NCBI GenBank assembly: GCA_002245135.1
Contig: NGBS01000022.1
Coordinates: 1-64,000, forward strand
Length of the DNA stretch: 64,000 bases
Direction: 5' to 3'
From: Proteromonas lacertae
Lineage: Eukaryota
This document shows, in pieces, positions 26,896 through 40,729 of the stretch. The notes under the pieces were generated by a model, which made no database searches, had not been told where the DNA came from, and worked only from the letters and a program-made list of their open reading frames with translations. The position numbers and the translations under genes were made by a program. Positions within the stretch are counted from its first letter, which is position 1. Each line of letters begins with the position of its first letter.

Positions 26896-29800
26896 TTATT
26901 TATCTATATTTAGTGATGTTTTCATTATCTTGATTTGTTCAGAGTAGAAATATAAATTCATATTATTCAATGAGAAAAAATTCTCATCATGTTTTGTATA
27001 TGACTTTAAAAACATTAAGAATAGTTTGATTTCTTTATCTAATCTCGAAGTTGATGAATATTTATCAGTTATTTCATTCACATATTCTATATATTCTTTG
27101 AATATATTCCTTTTGTACAATAAGCATGTATTACTGTTAGACTATACATATTATAAGAAGAATAAAATATACATATTTATTGTAAGTTTCTGTTATTCTC
27201 TTTTTATCATTACAACTTTTTATTTCGCTGAATTCTTCTATTGATACACATTCATTTGGAAAGACTACTTGAAGTAGAAAATTCTTTTCAAATTGAAGTT
27301 TATCATATCTAAAAGCATCTTCTTTATTTTTTACTAGTTCTATTAAACCCTTTACATTTTCATATTCATCTTCAATTACATCATATTTATCTTTATCTGT
27401 TATATTTATTAATTTCTTTTTCATTTCAATTGTATAATATTTCAATTTATATAAATCAAATGATGGTGAACATTTCTTCTGTACTTTTAAAGATTCATTT
27501 CTATAAAGATAAATTATATAAACAATATATATAATATTTATACATCAAATTTAATATTACTTTATAATAACTAGATAATCTAACTTTTATTCTTTTGTAT
27601 AACTCATTATAATCCTTTTTGATTCTTTTTTTAGAATCTCTATAAAAGTTTATTGAATGTCTTCTCCTTTTTAAATCATTTAACATATAATCAAGATCAT
27701 TTTTTATTCTCTTCTTCTCATCTATACTGAATTCTAAACTCTCTGCTAATGCAATTTGGAGATATTGTCTAATTTAAGCATAAATATAAAAAATACAATA
27801 ACATTGAGAAATTCTCTAAGAATAATTCATCTTCATTCTTCTTTTCTACACAATAATTCTATGTTAATTAATAATAATTGATATACATGTTGATTTATAA
27901 TGATTGGTATTTGTTCTTCTATTTCATCTTCATATTCTTTTGTATCAACTGTATTTATCTGTTTATTATATAGTTCTTTTGATTTATGAAGTGAAAATTC
28001 AACTGAATAATCTGTATGTATACTCTTATGCAGATCCATTATCCATCTTTGTTTATTCATCATATTTCTCTTGTATGTATGATAAAATTCAACATTTTTC
28101 TATTATAACAAATAATAATAATTTAAATACTTTAATTCTATCTAATATCTCTTCCATATCTTTTCTTTTAAATTTAAAAACACCCAAGTCTTCATCTGTT
28201 TTAATACATTCATTTATTATCCATTCTTTATAATGTTTCAAATCTTCTCTTGCTTCAACTTTGTATTGTTCTTCAGCAGGATATTGATTTACAGCATTAT
28301 TTAGTATTATTCTATTAAGATTAACTATTTTTATAAATATACAGATGATCTTTACATTCTTTTATTTCTTTTTTCTTCTCATTATCATATTCTTCAAACA
28401 AATCTTCAAGATGAAATTCTAATTCATTATATTCTTTAAGTAACTGTTGTATTTGTTGTTTATATAATATTAACTTTGTATTATTCACATCTGGAATAGC
28501 TTCTATGAGTTTCTATCAATATATTATTTATAAAATACTTCTAATTTTCTTATTACATTGTAATTATGAAGGTAATAATCTCTATATTTACTAATGTCTA
28601 TTGTCTTGATGCAAATGTTATATAAGTCATTCTTTTGTTGCATTAACTCTCTTTCTTCATTTCGAAATGAGTATAACACAAATTCATTTCCATCATCCAA
28701 TTCAATTTTACTTGTATTATCTGCCAAAGTAGAATATGAATGAGATGAAAATCCTGATTCAATTTCTTTTACATCTGGTACAATTCTTGGTTTACATGAT
28801 TTAATATGTGGAAGTTTTATTTCCTCATTGTTAAGAGAAAAAGTAAATGAAGGAAAAGAATCATCATCATAATCTTTTGTTATTCCAGTAGTTGTATTAG
28901 ATGAAGTAGTAGTAGTAGTTGTTGTTGTTGTTCCTTCAGTTGTAGTTGATGTTGTATTATCTTGCGTTAATGTCCTTTCATTTCTTTTATTATCAATCTA
29001 TACAATGTAATTATAATAAACTAAATATACTTTTTCCAATAGAGTATTATATATTTTATCACATTTTTCATATATTTCGTTCAGTTCTAATGTTGATAAT
29101 TCTTTATTTTCTAAATCTTTTGAGATTCTTTTTAAAATATCTAATAAGTCAGGACTATCAACAGTTAGTTTAAAAATATCATCTCTATTAACAATAAAAT
29201 TATTGAAATACAATTTATCTGCAATATGTTGCTTAAGCATTTCTTCTTCTTCTTTTGATGATGATCCTGTTGTAGTTATCTCATCTTCTACACATGATTT
29301 TCTCGTTTTATTCAAATTATTAATATCTTCCTGAATCTTTTTAATTAGTGTTTGAAGAGTATTTATATCATCACTATTAATTTCATCTTTATACTTTCTA
29401 CTTTCCTCTTCTGAAAATTCTCTTAATTGATAGTATTTTGATAATGCTGTGGTTTGATAGTAGCATAATCTTGATTCTTCTTTTATTTGTTTCAGCTGAT
29501 TGGAATTTAAATCCTTGAACATTTCATTTAACAATTCTGATTTGCTTTTCTCTAACATCTCAAATTCTTCTTCAGTTTTTATCTTTTCATCTAATTCATC
29601 TATTGTTTCTTCTATTGCTGATCTATTTTCATAGCAATATACCAATAAAAATATACAAATAATCTTGAATAACTATTTTATCATAGAATAGACAATATAA
29701 ATTGTATTTTTCACATCCTTCTAAGTAATTGAGATTATCGCAATCATGATGTTCTTTAAACCATTTTTCAATTTGAATTATATTCTGTAATTGATCTTTT

Positions 29801-32800
29801 AACTGTTCTCCTTTACTATGATGACTAAAATTGTTTATTTTCTTTCTAAAATATAATAGATTAATATTTTTAAATATACTTCTTTTCATTAAAATTGAAT
29901 AATAATTGGTTCTTTCTTTGATTGATATTTACTTGATAATTAGTGTAATTCTTCTCTAATTGTTCTAATAATTCTTTATTCTGTTCATATTCATTAGCAA
30001 TTGAGAATAATTTGAATCTATCATCAAAGAATAATGATAATTCATTCTTAACTTGTTCTTCAGGAAATTCAGATATTAATTTATCATATTTTGCACTATA
30101 ATATATAGAATATTTATATATACCATTGCTTATCTAGACTTCTAATAAGACTTGAATATTGATTTATCTTTCTAGTTAATTCATTTATATTGGCTGTTGC
30201 TTGTGAATTGTAATATTCTTCTTCGATTCTTTGATATTCATTTGAACATTCTACTTGACATAAATTCTTTATTTTATCTGATCGAATATTGGATTTTATC
30301 ATTTCCAAAGATTTTATACTAATCACATAATAATAATAATACAAAAATACTTCTTTTTCATCAGAGTATAATATGATGTTAGTGATTTGATTTTATTGTT
30401 AAGTTCATAAGCAATAGAATCACTATCTAGAGCATCTAAGTTTGATTCAACTGTTTTACAATAATTCATCTCTGAGTTTGCTATTCTATTTCCTGGAGAT
30501 TCTTTAATGATTAAATTACATGTTGTTTTTAAATAATTTCTATTGAAAATATATAAATTAAATAATATATATACATCCATTCTATTATTTTATCTTTCTT
30601 CATTCTGTCTACTTCTCCAATATGATCAATTACTTTCTTGATTTTACTTTCCACATAACCTTTATCATATTTAGAAATATTCTTTTGTAGATTGTTTAAT
30701 GTTATTCTATCATTTTCAAAATCATCATATATTGAATAAACATTAATTTTCTTTTCAATTTCTTTTAAATATTCATTAATACTCATAATATCACTATCAT
30801 TGTATGTCTCAATTGTTTTAGGTACAATGTGAGTTTTCATTTCCAACATCTCTTCATTAATTTCTTCATTTATTTTTTGAGGAGTAACTAAAGGAGTATT
30901 TGAAGATAAAGATGAATTATTATCTTCATACATCTCAACATCTATTTTCTTTGTTTTCTTTTCTTTTTCATCATCTTTTGTTTTTACTTGTATCTCTTCT
31001 TCTTCTTCTTCTTCTTCTTCTTCCTCATCATCACCATTATTATCATCATCTGGTTGTATTTCACCTTTCAATATCCTTATTTCCTTTTCTATTATTTTAC
31101 TCACATCTTTTGTTGAAAGTTTACATATTCTATGATATACAGCTATTCTATTATTTACTATATCTTTATTCTCTAATATTGTCTTTTTACTCTCGATAAA
31201 TGAAATGAGCAACTCTTTATATTCCATATTTATATCATTGTTATCATTTATACTTCTTATTTTCTCATTACTATTTAATAATTTATAATAATTATATTAT
31301 ATTAATAATATACCAATCTGTTTCAAAATCATTTCTTTTCATATCTTCTTCCTTTGTATTTTTATTTCTATCAATTAACCATTTATGATTCATCATTAAT
31401 AATTGATAATAATTATCATCATCATCATCTACTTCAATATTTACAAAATGATCTGATTTTATAATGGAATTTATATTGAAATTAATAACATTCATTCTAC
31501 ACATCTCTTCATACTTACTTATATCCCATTCTATATTTACATTCCATATTTTTTTTATTATCAAACTATAATAGCAACATCCACAACTTACATTTTCATC
31601 CATATTTACTGTCTGATTCAAAATAGAATTGAAATAACCATATGGCTGTTGTTTTAATGATTTATAATATTCTTGAATTCTTGGTATTCTATTACTACCT
31701 CCTAATATTACAATATCAATGGGATTATCATTATTCGTTTCTGTTTTTATCCCTTCAAATAATGACTTCATTTCATTGTCTAATATGGGAAGTATATCAT
31801 TTTCTACAATTTCATTTATCTCTTTTATATCTAATATTCCTTCATAATCTTCATCGTTTACAACATTATCAACAGATACAGACACTGTAGAAGCACCAAC
31901 TGCACTTAATTTCTCTTTTGCAGTAATAACAGCTTTCTTTATTTTCAAATATAACTTTTTATTCTTTCTTATATCATCATCTAGATTTGGAAAATCTTCT
32001 TTCATTCTACTATATATTAAATTCATTAATTTTTGATCTACTAAATCTCCATTGATATTTTCAACACTTCTATTCTTCAATATTTTAAATGTATTCTAAT
32101 AATAACATATAAATGATAATATATAATACATTTTCATAATATAATAATGTTAGGCTATTCTGTTTTTGACCCATATCTGATAATAATTTATAACACACTT
32201 TAACATCTGATTCTTTCAATAATGATGCATTTTCATATACAAAACATATCGAATTACAATAATAATTAGGTATTATTACTTCACTGTTTATATCTAGCAA
32301 TTTACATAACTGATATATCTTCTTTATTGATTTTTCTTCATAATTATTTGGTATACTTATTACACAATTAAATGCTTTTTCATCTGGATTGAATCGAATG
32401 ATTAAATTTTTGATATACTGTAATAATATTAACATAGCTTGGTCAACTAAAATATAAAAACCACTATCAATAGTAATCTAAAATATATATTATAATTCTA
32501 TACATCATATTTATATATTTTGTTATAATTAGATAATAGATCAGGAAAATGCATAACAACTTCATTTTCATCATAATCTTTACCAAATATATCAACAAAT
32601 GGACTAATTGTTTTGTTAAATTCTTTTAAATTCTATATTAATTATAAACATATCTATAATACAACAGAAGCACCTATTACATAACATCTATCTCTAAATG
32701 CCATCTGATACCTGTAAATAAATAAAGTGATATATATACTCTATTTTACGTTTAGACAATTCATTTTCCACAACTGTTGCTCCTGAAGTTGGAGGAATTT

Positions 32801-32864
32801 TAATTGAGCTTAATATAACATATTTTCTCCCTATATCTATTCCATATTGATATATTGGCTCCAT
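26896..32864 (-). CDS. Giant divergent Hsp70/Hsp110-like protein (nucleotide-binding domain + very long helical/coiled-coil C-terminus, ~1800 aa)
   Basis: MEPIYQYGIDIGRKY...VVENELSKRK, SDMGQ, AKEKLSAVGA, ILGGSNRIPRIQ and QTVNMDENVSCGC resemble Hsp110 NBD motifs. The exon junctions I checked join in frame through 26-45 nt introns. Confidence 0.75.
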
Positions 32865-34686
32865 TTTTTGTATATAATAATCAATTAAACCCTTGAGAGT
32901 TGTATAAATAACAAATTAAAAACTAAAAATATGAATTTTAAAAAATTAAAACGGATAATAATTTGACATTTCAAGCCTTTTGTATTTTAATTTTGATTTT
33001 CTTCAATGTGGTATATGTTATTGCTTATTGCTAATTAAATATGAAATATTTTTTAAACATATACCAGAAATGGTAATTTATAATATTCATTTCTGTATGG
33101 TGAAGAAAATAACAGTGATATTATAATTATTAAACATCTACATTATATGAATTGTTAAATAAACAGTTTTCTTTCATCTTCTGGATAGTATGTATAGGTA
33201 AAATCATCTATTACCAGAATAATTATTTTTTCTTTAATGGTAATTTCTTTTTCATTTAATTTTTCATCATATTATTAATATACTTAAAATATGGTGTAGA
33301 AATAGATATTGTGACTTTTGAAATAATTAATTTAGTAAACTTGATAATATTATGTTGTTACTATCATCATTTATAGTTGTAATTCTTTAAATCAAATCAT
33401 TTATGATATCTTGACAATATTTCTTTTTCTTATATGAATAATTAAATGTCGTTTCTAAATGACTTGTTTTAATAGCAACATTGCCATTCTGCTATTGATC
33501 TTTCTACTATTAAGAGATACAGTTAATTGATATAATGATTTCAGTATTTCTGTAAGGTTTTATTTATAGGTTTTTCAACTCCATTCCAAGGTTTTTAAAA
33601 TATTTAAGCGCTGATTCTACTTCTTCATTTATTGAGTTTTTGAGTGTTAGCAATGTGATTTTTGATTACTTTTCCATTAAATGATAAGTATTTGTATATT
33701 TGGAAGATAAACAGTTAATGCACTGATTTGTGTTTCTAAATTTACGAAAGTAGTAAAATTGTTTTTAGTAAACTTTAAATCCAAATCACATAAGCTTTTT
33801 TTTATAATATATTGAATGATAAAATTGTGAGTATTTATTAAGCAATAATAAGAGAAATTGTTTAAGAATATATTTATGGTAAATTAACCAATGGTCAAAT
33901 TGGTTTATTTAAGAACAATATATATTGCTCAATATTTTGTTTACTAAACTCCTGGTAATATAAATGATAGACTATGATAATTCAAAACTATTTTCGTTTG
34001 TCTTTTTGTTTTTTCGTTATGTTGTAGTTTTATATACTTACTAATATCGTGAGTTTCAAATAAGCATAAAATAGCAAAATTCAATTTTAGAAATATCTAG
34101 AAAATTAATTAAAATAAACTGAAAAATTAAAAAATTACCTAAATCAGGTAAATTAGTTACAATTTAGATATTTCTAAAATTTACTAGACATCTACTGAAT
34201 AAAAATAATAAGTTATTTCTGCTTTATAATTATTGCCTGTTGTTGATCAATTTTATTTTATACCTTAAATGTATTATTTTTCGATAAAAGTGTTTAAAAT
34301 ATCTATTTTCTAGAAAGTTCCAGAATTAATTCGAGTCAAGTTTTATAAAACTATTTTTGAATTGATAAACATCATTCAGTTAGCAATTGAATGAAATTAT
34401 TATATTTCACAGTTTTTTTTATTTAATAATATCTTATTTATATTTAATACACATTCTACATACAATAATATCTTTCAAATCATTACTATTTAAGATTATT
34501 AAAAAAACAACATCAAAATAACCTCCCCAATAGACTCTTATCATTGCTTCTACTTCATTTATTAACTCTCATCATTCATACATATTGCACTACAAGTTAA
34601 ATCTTGAATTTATCTCTCTGATACATTATATAAATATCCAATTACATAAACAAATATTAAACATATATCATGTTTATATTACATTC

Positions 34687-37600
34687 CATTGTCAATATCA
34701 CTAACTATCACTAAAACTTATTATTCATCATTTACATCATCATGTCATATGCAATATGCATTAATAAATCACAATAGAGTATAATTGTTTTTATCACACC
34801 ATCTGCAATAGAATTATATCACATTTTAAGTTTTGGGTTATTCAAAATTTTGATAAAAATCAAATTTCGTTATTTTTGTTTTATATTTCCATAAAGATGA
34901 TAATAAAAGTGAATAAAAGCATAAGAGAAGAGGGGTATATTTTATATTTATTTTTATGATAGATTATGTCGAAAATTGGTCGAAAGTGGTTTTGGTGATA
35001 TAGAAGTGAAGATTGGAGATAATCGAATAATGTCAATCAAGTCAATTTTAGTGAATGGAAATGAAACTGTAAAGAAACTGTTGTTAGATCGTGAGTTTGT
35101 TGGAGTTTTGGAGTTATATGAAGAAATCGAAGAAATTGGCTATTATGAGATGGAGAAATACTACAGTGGTGGTGAACTGATAATGTGTAAAGAGAGTGTA
35201 TGTGAAGTGTTGATGTTTTGTTTATGTTATAGTGAAAAAGAGATAATAAATGATTGTTATGAATTTGTGAAGAATAATATAGATGATGAAGTATTAATGA
35301 AATTAATTCATATCTGTAATGTATTTGGTGGATGTTTGAGAGAGATAGAAGACTTGAAAAATATGGAAATAGAAAAGCGAAGATATAAATATTTATATAA
35401 TAATGAATATTTGTTGAGATTAGAAATGAATAATTTGAGTGAGATATTAAATATGAGAGATGTGATAATAGTGAATGAGTTATGGTTATTAAATCGGTTA
35501 TTGGAATGGTATAAATTCCAAAAGAATGAGAAAGAAAATAAAGAAATACAAGATGATTTTAAACAATTGATAGAAGAAGAGATCGATGTAGAAAAGATAA
35601 AAGAGAATGAAATGGGAAAAGAGAAAAAAGAGATGTTGAAAGACTTGAAAATAGAATTAAAGAAAAATGAATGTAAAAATCATATAGAATTATATTCAAT
35701 AAAAGATGAGAGAATTCAAAATGTAATAATCAACAATTACAATGAAGATAAAGATGAAGATAATGAAGAAGAAAGAGGAATATTGGATAGAATGAAAGAA
35801 GAAGAGTTAAATGATGAAATAATGTGTATATTAGAAATGAATAACATAAAGATGACCGAAATAGTATTGATGATAATGAAATATAAAAATGTGAAAATGG
35901 AAAGTATAAATACTAAAAATATATTTAAATAGAATATATCTCAAATATAGAAAAGAGAAACATGTTGGACAGATTATGTATAGAATATAATGAGAATAAA
36001 AGAAATCGAACAATGAAAAGTATATGTTTGTTTGTTGATGATGAAAAGAATATTTCAATAATAGAAGAAGTATGTGGAAAAGAAATTCTTTTTAGAATAT
36101 TGAATGAAGATAATTATCTAAATACCATATCCAAAGAAATATTAATCGAATATATAAAAGAAATGAGTATGAGTATGGAAGAAGAAGAAGAAATGATAAA
36201 AATAATGAAAGATAAAGAATTATTGGAAGAATTAAAAACAAAAGAAATCACATCATTTTCATATTCTCAATCAGAATATTCATTTATATTAGATGAAGAA
36301 ATGTTAATAATTCCTTCATTTGATGGAAATCGATGTGAATTTTCAATCAATCCTTCATTACTTGATGGAATAATGATAAATAAAGAAAATGGAATAATTG
36401 ATGGAAAAGTGGATAAAGATATAGAAAAGTGTGAATATGAAATTAGTTGTAAGAATATTCTAAATGAAAATAAATTCAAAATATCATTAGAATTTAAAGA
36501 AGGAAGATTCACAGAATTTAACAAAACTAAAGGAATATTAATCTCAAATAATGGAAAATTAATTACAAATACAATTCGTGGTTATTATCATTGTTATATG
36601 AATTTGAAAATGAAAAATGGAGTTTATCATATCAAATATCAATTTCATCAAAATGGAAGTGAATTTAATGATATAATGTTAGGATTATCAACTAATAATA
36701 CATATTCTAATAATTGTATTTATGAACTATTAACAACATGTAATTATTATGCATATAAAGGTAAAAGTGAAGATATTACTTATTATTGTAATATTGGAAG
36801 AGTTGTGAATAAAAATCCAAATTTCAATAATCATAGAGATGGTTCAGTTTATGAAGTAATTGTTGATATGAATAAAAGAGAATTTTGGATTAGCCATAAT
36901 GATTCATCTCCTGTTTTACTTGTTAAAGATTTACCTTCTCCATTATATCCATATGCTGTATTAGTATATGAAAACACCTCAATAGAATTATTATTAGTTT
37001 CTCATCAATAAAGTTATATAATATGAATTTTTATAACATTTTCATTCTTCATATTGTGTTGCTGTTTATATTTACACATAAACAAAGAAAATATAAAAAT
37101 AGCTTGAATTACTATTATGAAGGCTTGATTCTCATTTTTATAAAAATCAAAATAAAAAGTGATGCAATTATTTATTTTAATATAATTGACTTTATAATAG
37201 TTATGATAAGAAGTAATAAAAAGAATATAGTGAAATGAGGAATAAATCCCATCAGATAACCATTTTTGTGTATTTGAAGTATTTGATGTTATTTATTATG
37301 ATGTTGTTTATCAACATCCAATGCAGCTAATAGAAGTAGTGATATATCACATTTACCTCATTTGAGTTGATAATGATGTATTTATATGTAAAATTAGATG
37401 TATTATCTGTTTTCTTACCAATCGTTGAATTCCTTTTAAACTGATTTAATTGAATCAATATAACTCGTAATACCTTACCGAAATGGTTAATTGAGTTTTA
37501 TTATTTCAAACAGATAAGAATGAAGAATGGTAATATTTGTTGATATTATTCTACAAATGATTGTATTATATTATATTGTATATGATTCATTTCCACCCAA

Positions 37601-38412
37601 TAAAACAATTTTAATAAAAGATGTAAAAGCTGTTGATGTAACAAGACAAAGTGAAATGAGTGTGAGATCTTCAGCTTCAAAAGTAAATTTTAACACAATT
37701 TGATTTTTTATTTGAACATATAAAATATACAGTAAAAATTAAAGATGCATCAAGTAAAAAGAAAGATAGATAAAGTATTATTGAATGATATAAGTGGATA
37801 TGTTCTATCTCACAGTATAATAGAGTTAATGTGAGAAAGTGGAGTTGGTAAAAGAACATTATTAGATGTATTAGCAAATAGAAAAACACAAAGGAAAGAT
37901 TGAAGGTAAATTGTTATTGAATGATAAGCGATATAAAATGAAAGATTTATGTATGATAAGTGGATATGTTGAACAACTAGATAGTGGTTTAGCAATATGT
38001 ATAAGAAAATTGGTAATGGTTGGAATCGAATTAGTATCTAATCCATCAATATTATTCTTAGATGAACCAACAACAACTGGATTAGATAGTTCAGCTGTTT
38101 TATTAATATGTCAAGTCTTACAAAGAATTTCAACAAGTGATAGAAGTATAATTTGTATCTTTTGAAATATTTAAACTATTTAGTGATGTATTATTATTAG
38201 AAAGAAGTGGAAAAGTAGTATATTTTGGTCCACTTGGTGAAAATGGTAGTAAAGTAGTAGAATATATGGAAAAGATTGATGGAGTTAGTCCAATTGAAGA
38301 AGATGAAAATCCAGCTAATTGGATGTTAGATGTAAATGGAGGTGGAACAGGAAATACAAAGATCGTGAAATTTGGTGATTATTATTTCACAACAGATTTA
38401 TATCAAAATGTG
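34687..38412 (+). repeat. Segmental duplication copy C
   Basis: Matches 4895-8216 directly and 22517-26251 inverted. Confidence 0.95.
34897..37011 (+). CDS. BTB/BACK-Ig-SPRY protein, copy C
   Basis: Same two introns and intact reading frame as copy A, with clustered amino-acid differences. Confidence 0.75.
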
Positions 38413-38466
38413 GAAATAACTCTTGAGAATATAAAAATGTGGATGTGTGGTTTTTTAGTAATATGA
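37580..38466 (+). pseudogene. ABCG/PDR transporter fragment (copy C, longest)
   Basis: Degenerate Walker A GKRTLLDVLANRKT, Walker B ILFLDEPTTTGLDS and EDENPANWMLDV, with frameshifts. No transmembrane domain follows. Confidence 0.85.
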
Positions 38467-38647
38467 ACTAAATATAAATTCATGTTATATTTGAAAGATT
38501 ACATATAAATATCTTGTATTTTCATAAATTTGATTTGTAAATACTTTACTATGTAGTTATTATTTTAATATATCCCATAAAAAAACAATTTTAACTAAGT
38601 CATTAAGGTATGTTTATTTGTTACTCAGGGATAATTTAACCTTTTTC

Positions 38648-40729
38648 TTAAAAATCAAATGAGAAATCCATAATAACATCATCCAAAGCTAATGTGTCTC
38701 CTTTCTTGAAGTAAACTTTGGCAATCTTACATTTCTTTGAGGCTGTTAACATATTTTGCATCTTCATAGCTTCTACTATAGCTAAGTTTGCACCTTCTTC
38801 TACTACTTGACCTTCTTTTACTAATACATCAATTAAACTACCAGCCATTGGAGAAGCTAAGAATTTGGAATGATCTACTTCTGGTTTTGGAATCATGAAT
38901 TTAGATAATTTGCTTTCTAAAGCATTTCTTACACCTACAGTGAAGTTACCTCCATTGAATTGTAATTGATAACCTTCAACTAATCTTTCCATATATTGTA
39001 CTGCTACTTCTTTTCCGTTGAATTTACCTCTCATGATTGGAACATCACTATCCATCTTATAATCAGTTACATTAAGAGTTTTACCATCTAAATCAATTGT
39101 TCCATCACATTTATCAACTACAGTGTGATCTTGTCCATTAATATTAAATACAAAGCTGTGTAATTCTTCTGGATGATAACTTCGGATTTGTTGATTATTG
39201 ACTGAAGATTTAGCGATGTATGCTTTGTGAATAGCTAAACAGGCAGCTAATAATTGTTGTGTTTCTTCTTCATTTAAGGTAACACCATGCCAACCATTGG
39301 GGAATTCTTCTGGAATGAAGTTAGTTGTGATTTTACCACTCTTGAATCTTGGATGTCTTACAACGGATTGAACAAAAGCAGCATTGTGATTTAAACCTCT
39401 AATAACGTATTCATTTAAGGCATTATCAATTCTGTCAATTGCTTCAGCTCTGTCTTTTCCCCAACATACTAATTTACAAATCATTGGGTCATAATACATT
39501 GAAATCACAGATCCTTCTTCAATACCACTATCACATCTTACACCTTCACCTCTTGGTTCTTTATATTGTTCTAAAATACCTAAAGATGGTAAGAAGTTTC
39601 TTAATGGATCTTCAGCATATACTCTGGTTTCTACAGCATGTCCATAGATTGGTAATGGCCAGTTCTTTAATCTGTCTGGTAATTCACGACCAGCAGCTAC
39701 CCAGAACATATGTTCTACTAAATCTTCATGAGATACCATCTCAGTTACTGGATGTTCTACTTGTAATCTGGTGTTCATTTCTAAGAAATAGAAATGCTTA
39801 TGTTTATCACATAAACATTCTACTGTACCAGCTGAACAATATTTAACAGCAGCTGCTAACATACAAGCTTGTGTTTGCATACTCTTTCTGGTTTCTGGAT
39901 CTAATAAAGCAGATGGAGATTCTTCTACTACTTTTTGATTACGTCTTTGAATTGAACATTCTCTTTCTGGGAAAGCACAATAGTTGCCATGTTTATCACC
40001 CATCACTTGGATTTCAATATGTCTTGGTTCTTCAATATATTTTTCGATTAAAATTCTATCATCTCCAAAGTAAGCAGCAGCTTCAGATTTGGATAATTTA
40101 TAAGCATTCTTGGCTTCTTCATCGTTCCAAGCAATTCTCATACCTTTACCACCTCCACCAGCTGAAGCTTTAATCATAACTGGATATCCAATTTCATTAC
40201 ATACTTTTGCTACTTCATTAGCTTCTACAACACCATCAAAACCTGGAATAATATTTACTTTGGCATCTTTAGCAATCTTTTTGGAGGCGATCTTATCACC
40301 CATAGCTTCGATTGCATATTTACCTGGACCACACCACATTACACCTTCTTTTTCTAATCTTTCAGCAAATCTCCAGTTTTCTGATAAGAAACCATAACCT
40401 GGATGTACAGCTTCAGCACCAGTTTTTTTTACAGCTTCTAACATTTTATCCATAACTAAATAACTTTCTTTTGATGTATTACCTCCTAAATAGAAGACTT
40501 CATCGGCCATTCTAGTATGTACAGCATTTCTATCTGCATCGGAACAAACAGCAACGGTTTTGATTCCCATACGTTTGGCAGTTTTGAATACACGACAGGC
40601 AATCTCACCTCTGTTGGCAACAAGAACTTTGCCGAAAGGTTTTTCTATTGCAGATTAATATTAAAATAAATTAATTATACCACTTGTAGCAAAACCTCTT
40701 CTTAATACAGTTGATGCAAAACGTTGCAT
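38648..40729 (-). CDS. PCCA: Propionyl-CoA carboxylase alpha subunit (biotin carboxylase + BCCP) with an organelle presequence
   Basis: Presequence-like MQRFASTVLRRGFATS; intron 40645-40680; KVLVANRGEIACRV, HPGYGFLSEN, KASAGGGGKGMR, ERECSIQRRNQK, EMNTRLQVEHPVTE and the biotinyl motif EAMKM. Confidence 0.9.

Larger units (their letters stand above)
22517..30501 (-). repeat. Segmental duplication copy B (inverted relative to A and C)
   Basis: 22927-30501 is the reverse complement of 667-8216, and 22517-26251 is the reverse complement of 34687-38412. Confidence 0.95.

Noticed and set aside
33040..33860. Possible decayed minus-strand coding sequence
   Set aside because: It has purine-rich coding-like patches, but multiple stops and no motif I can identify.
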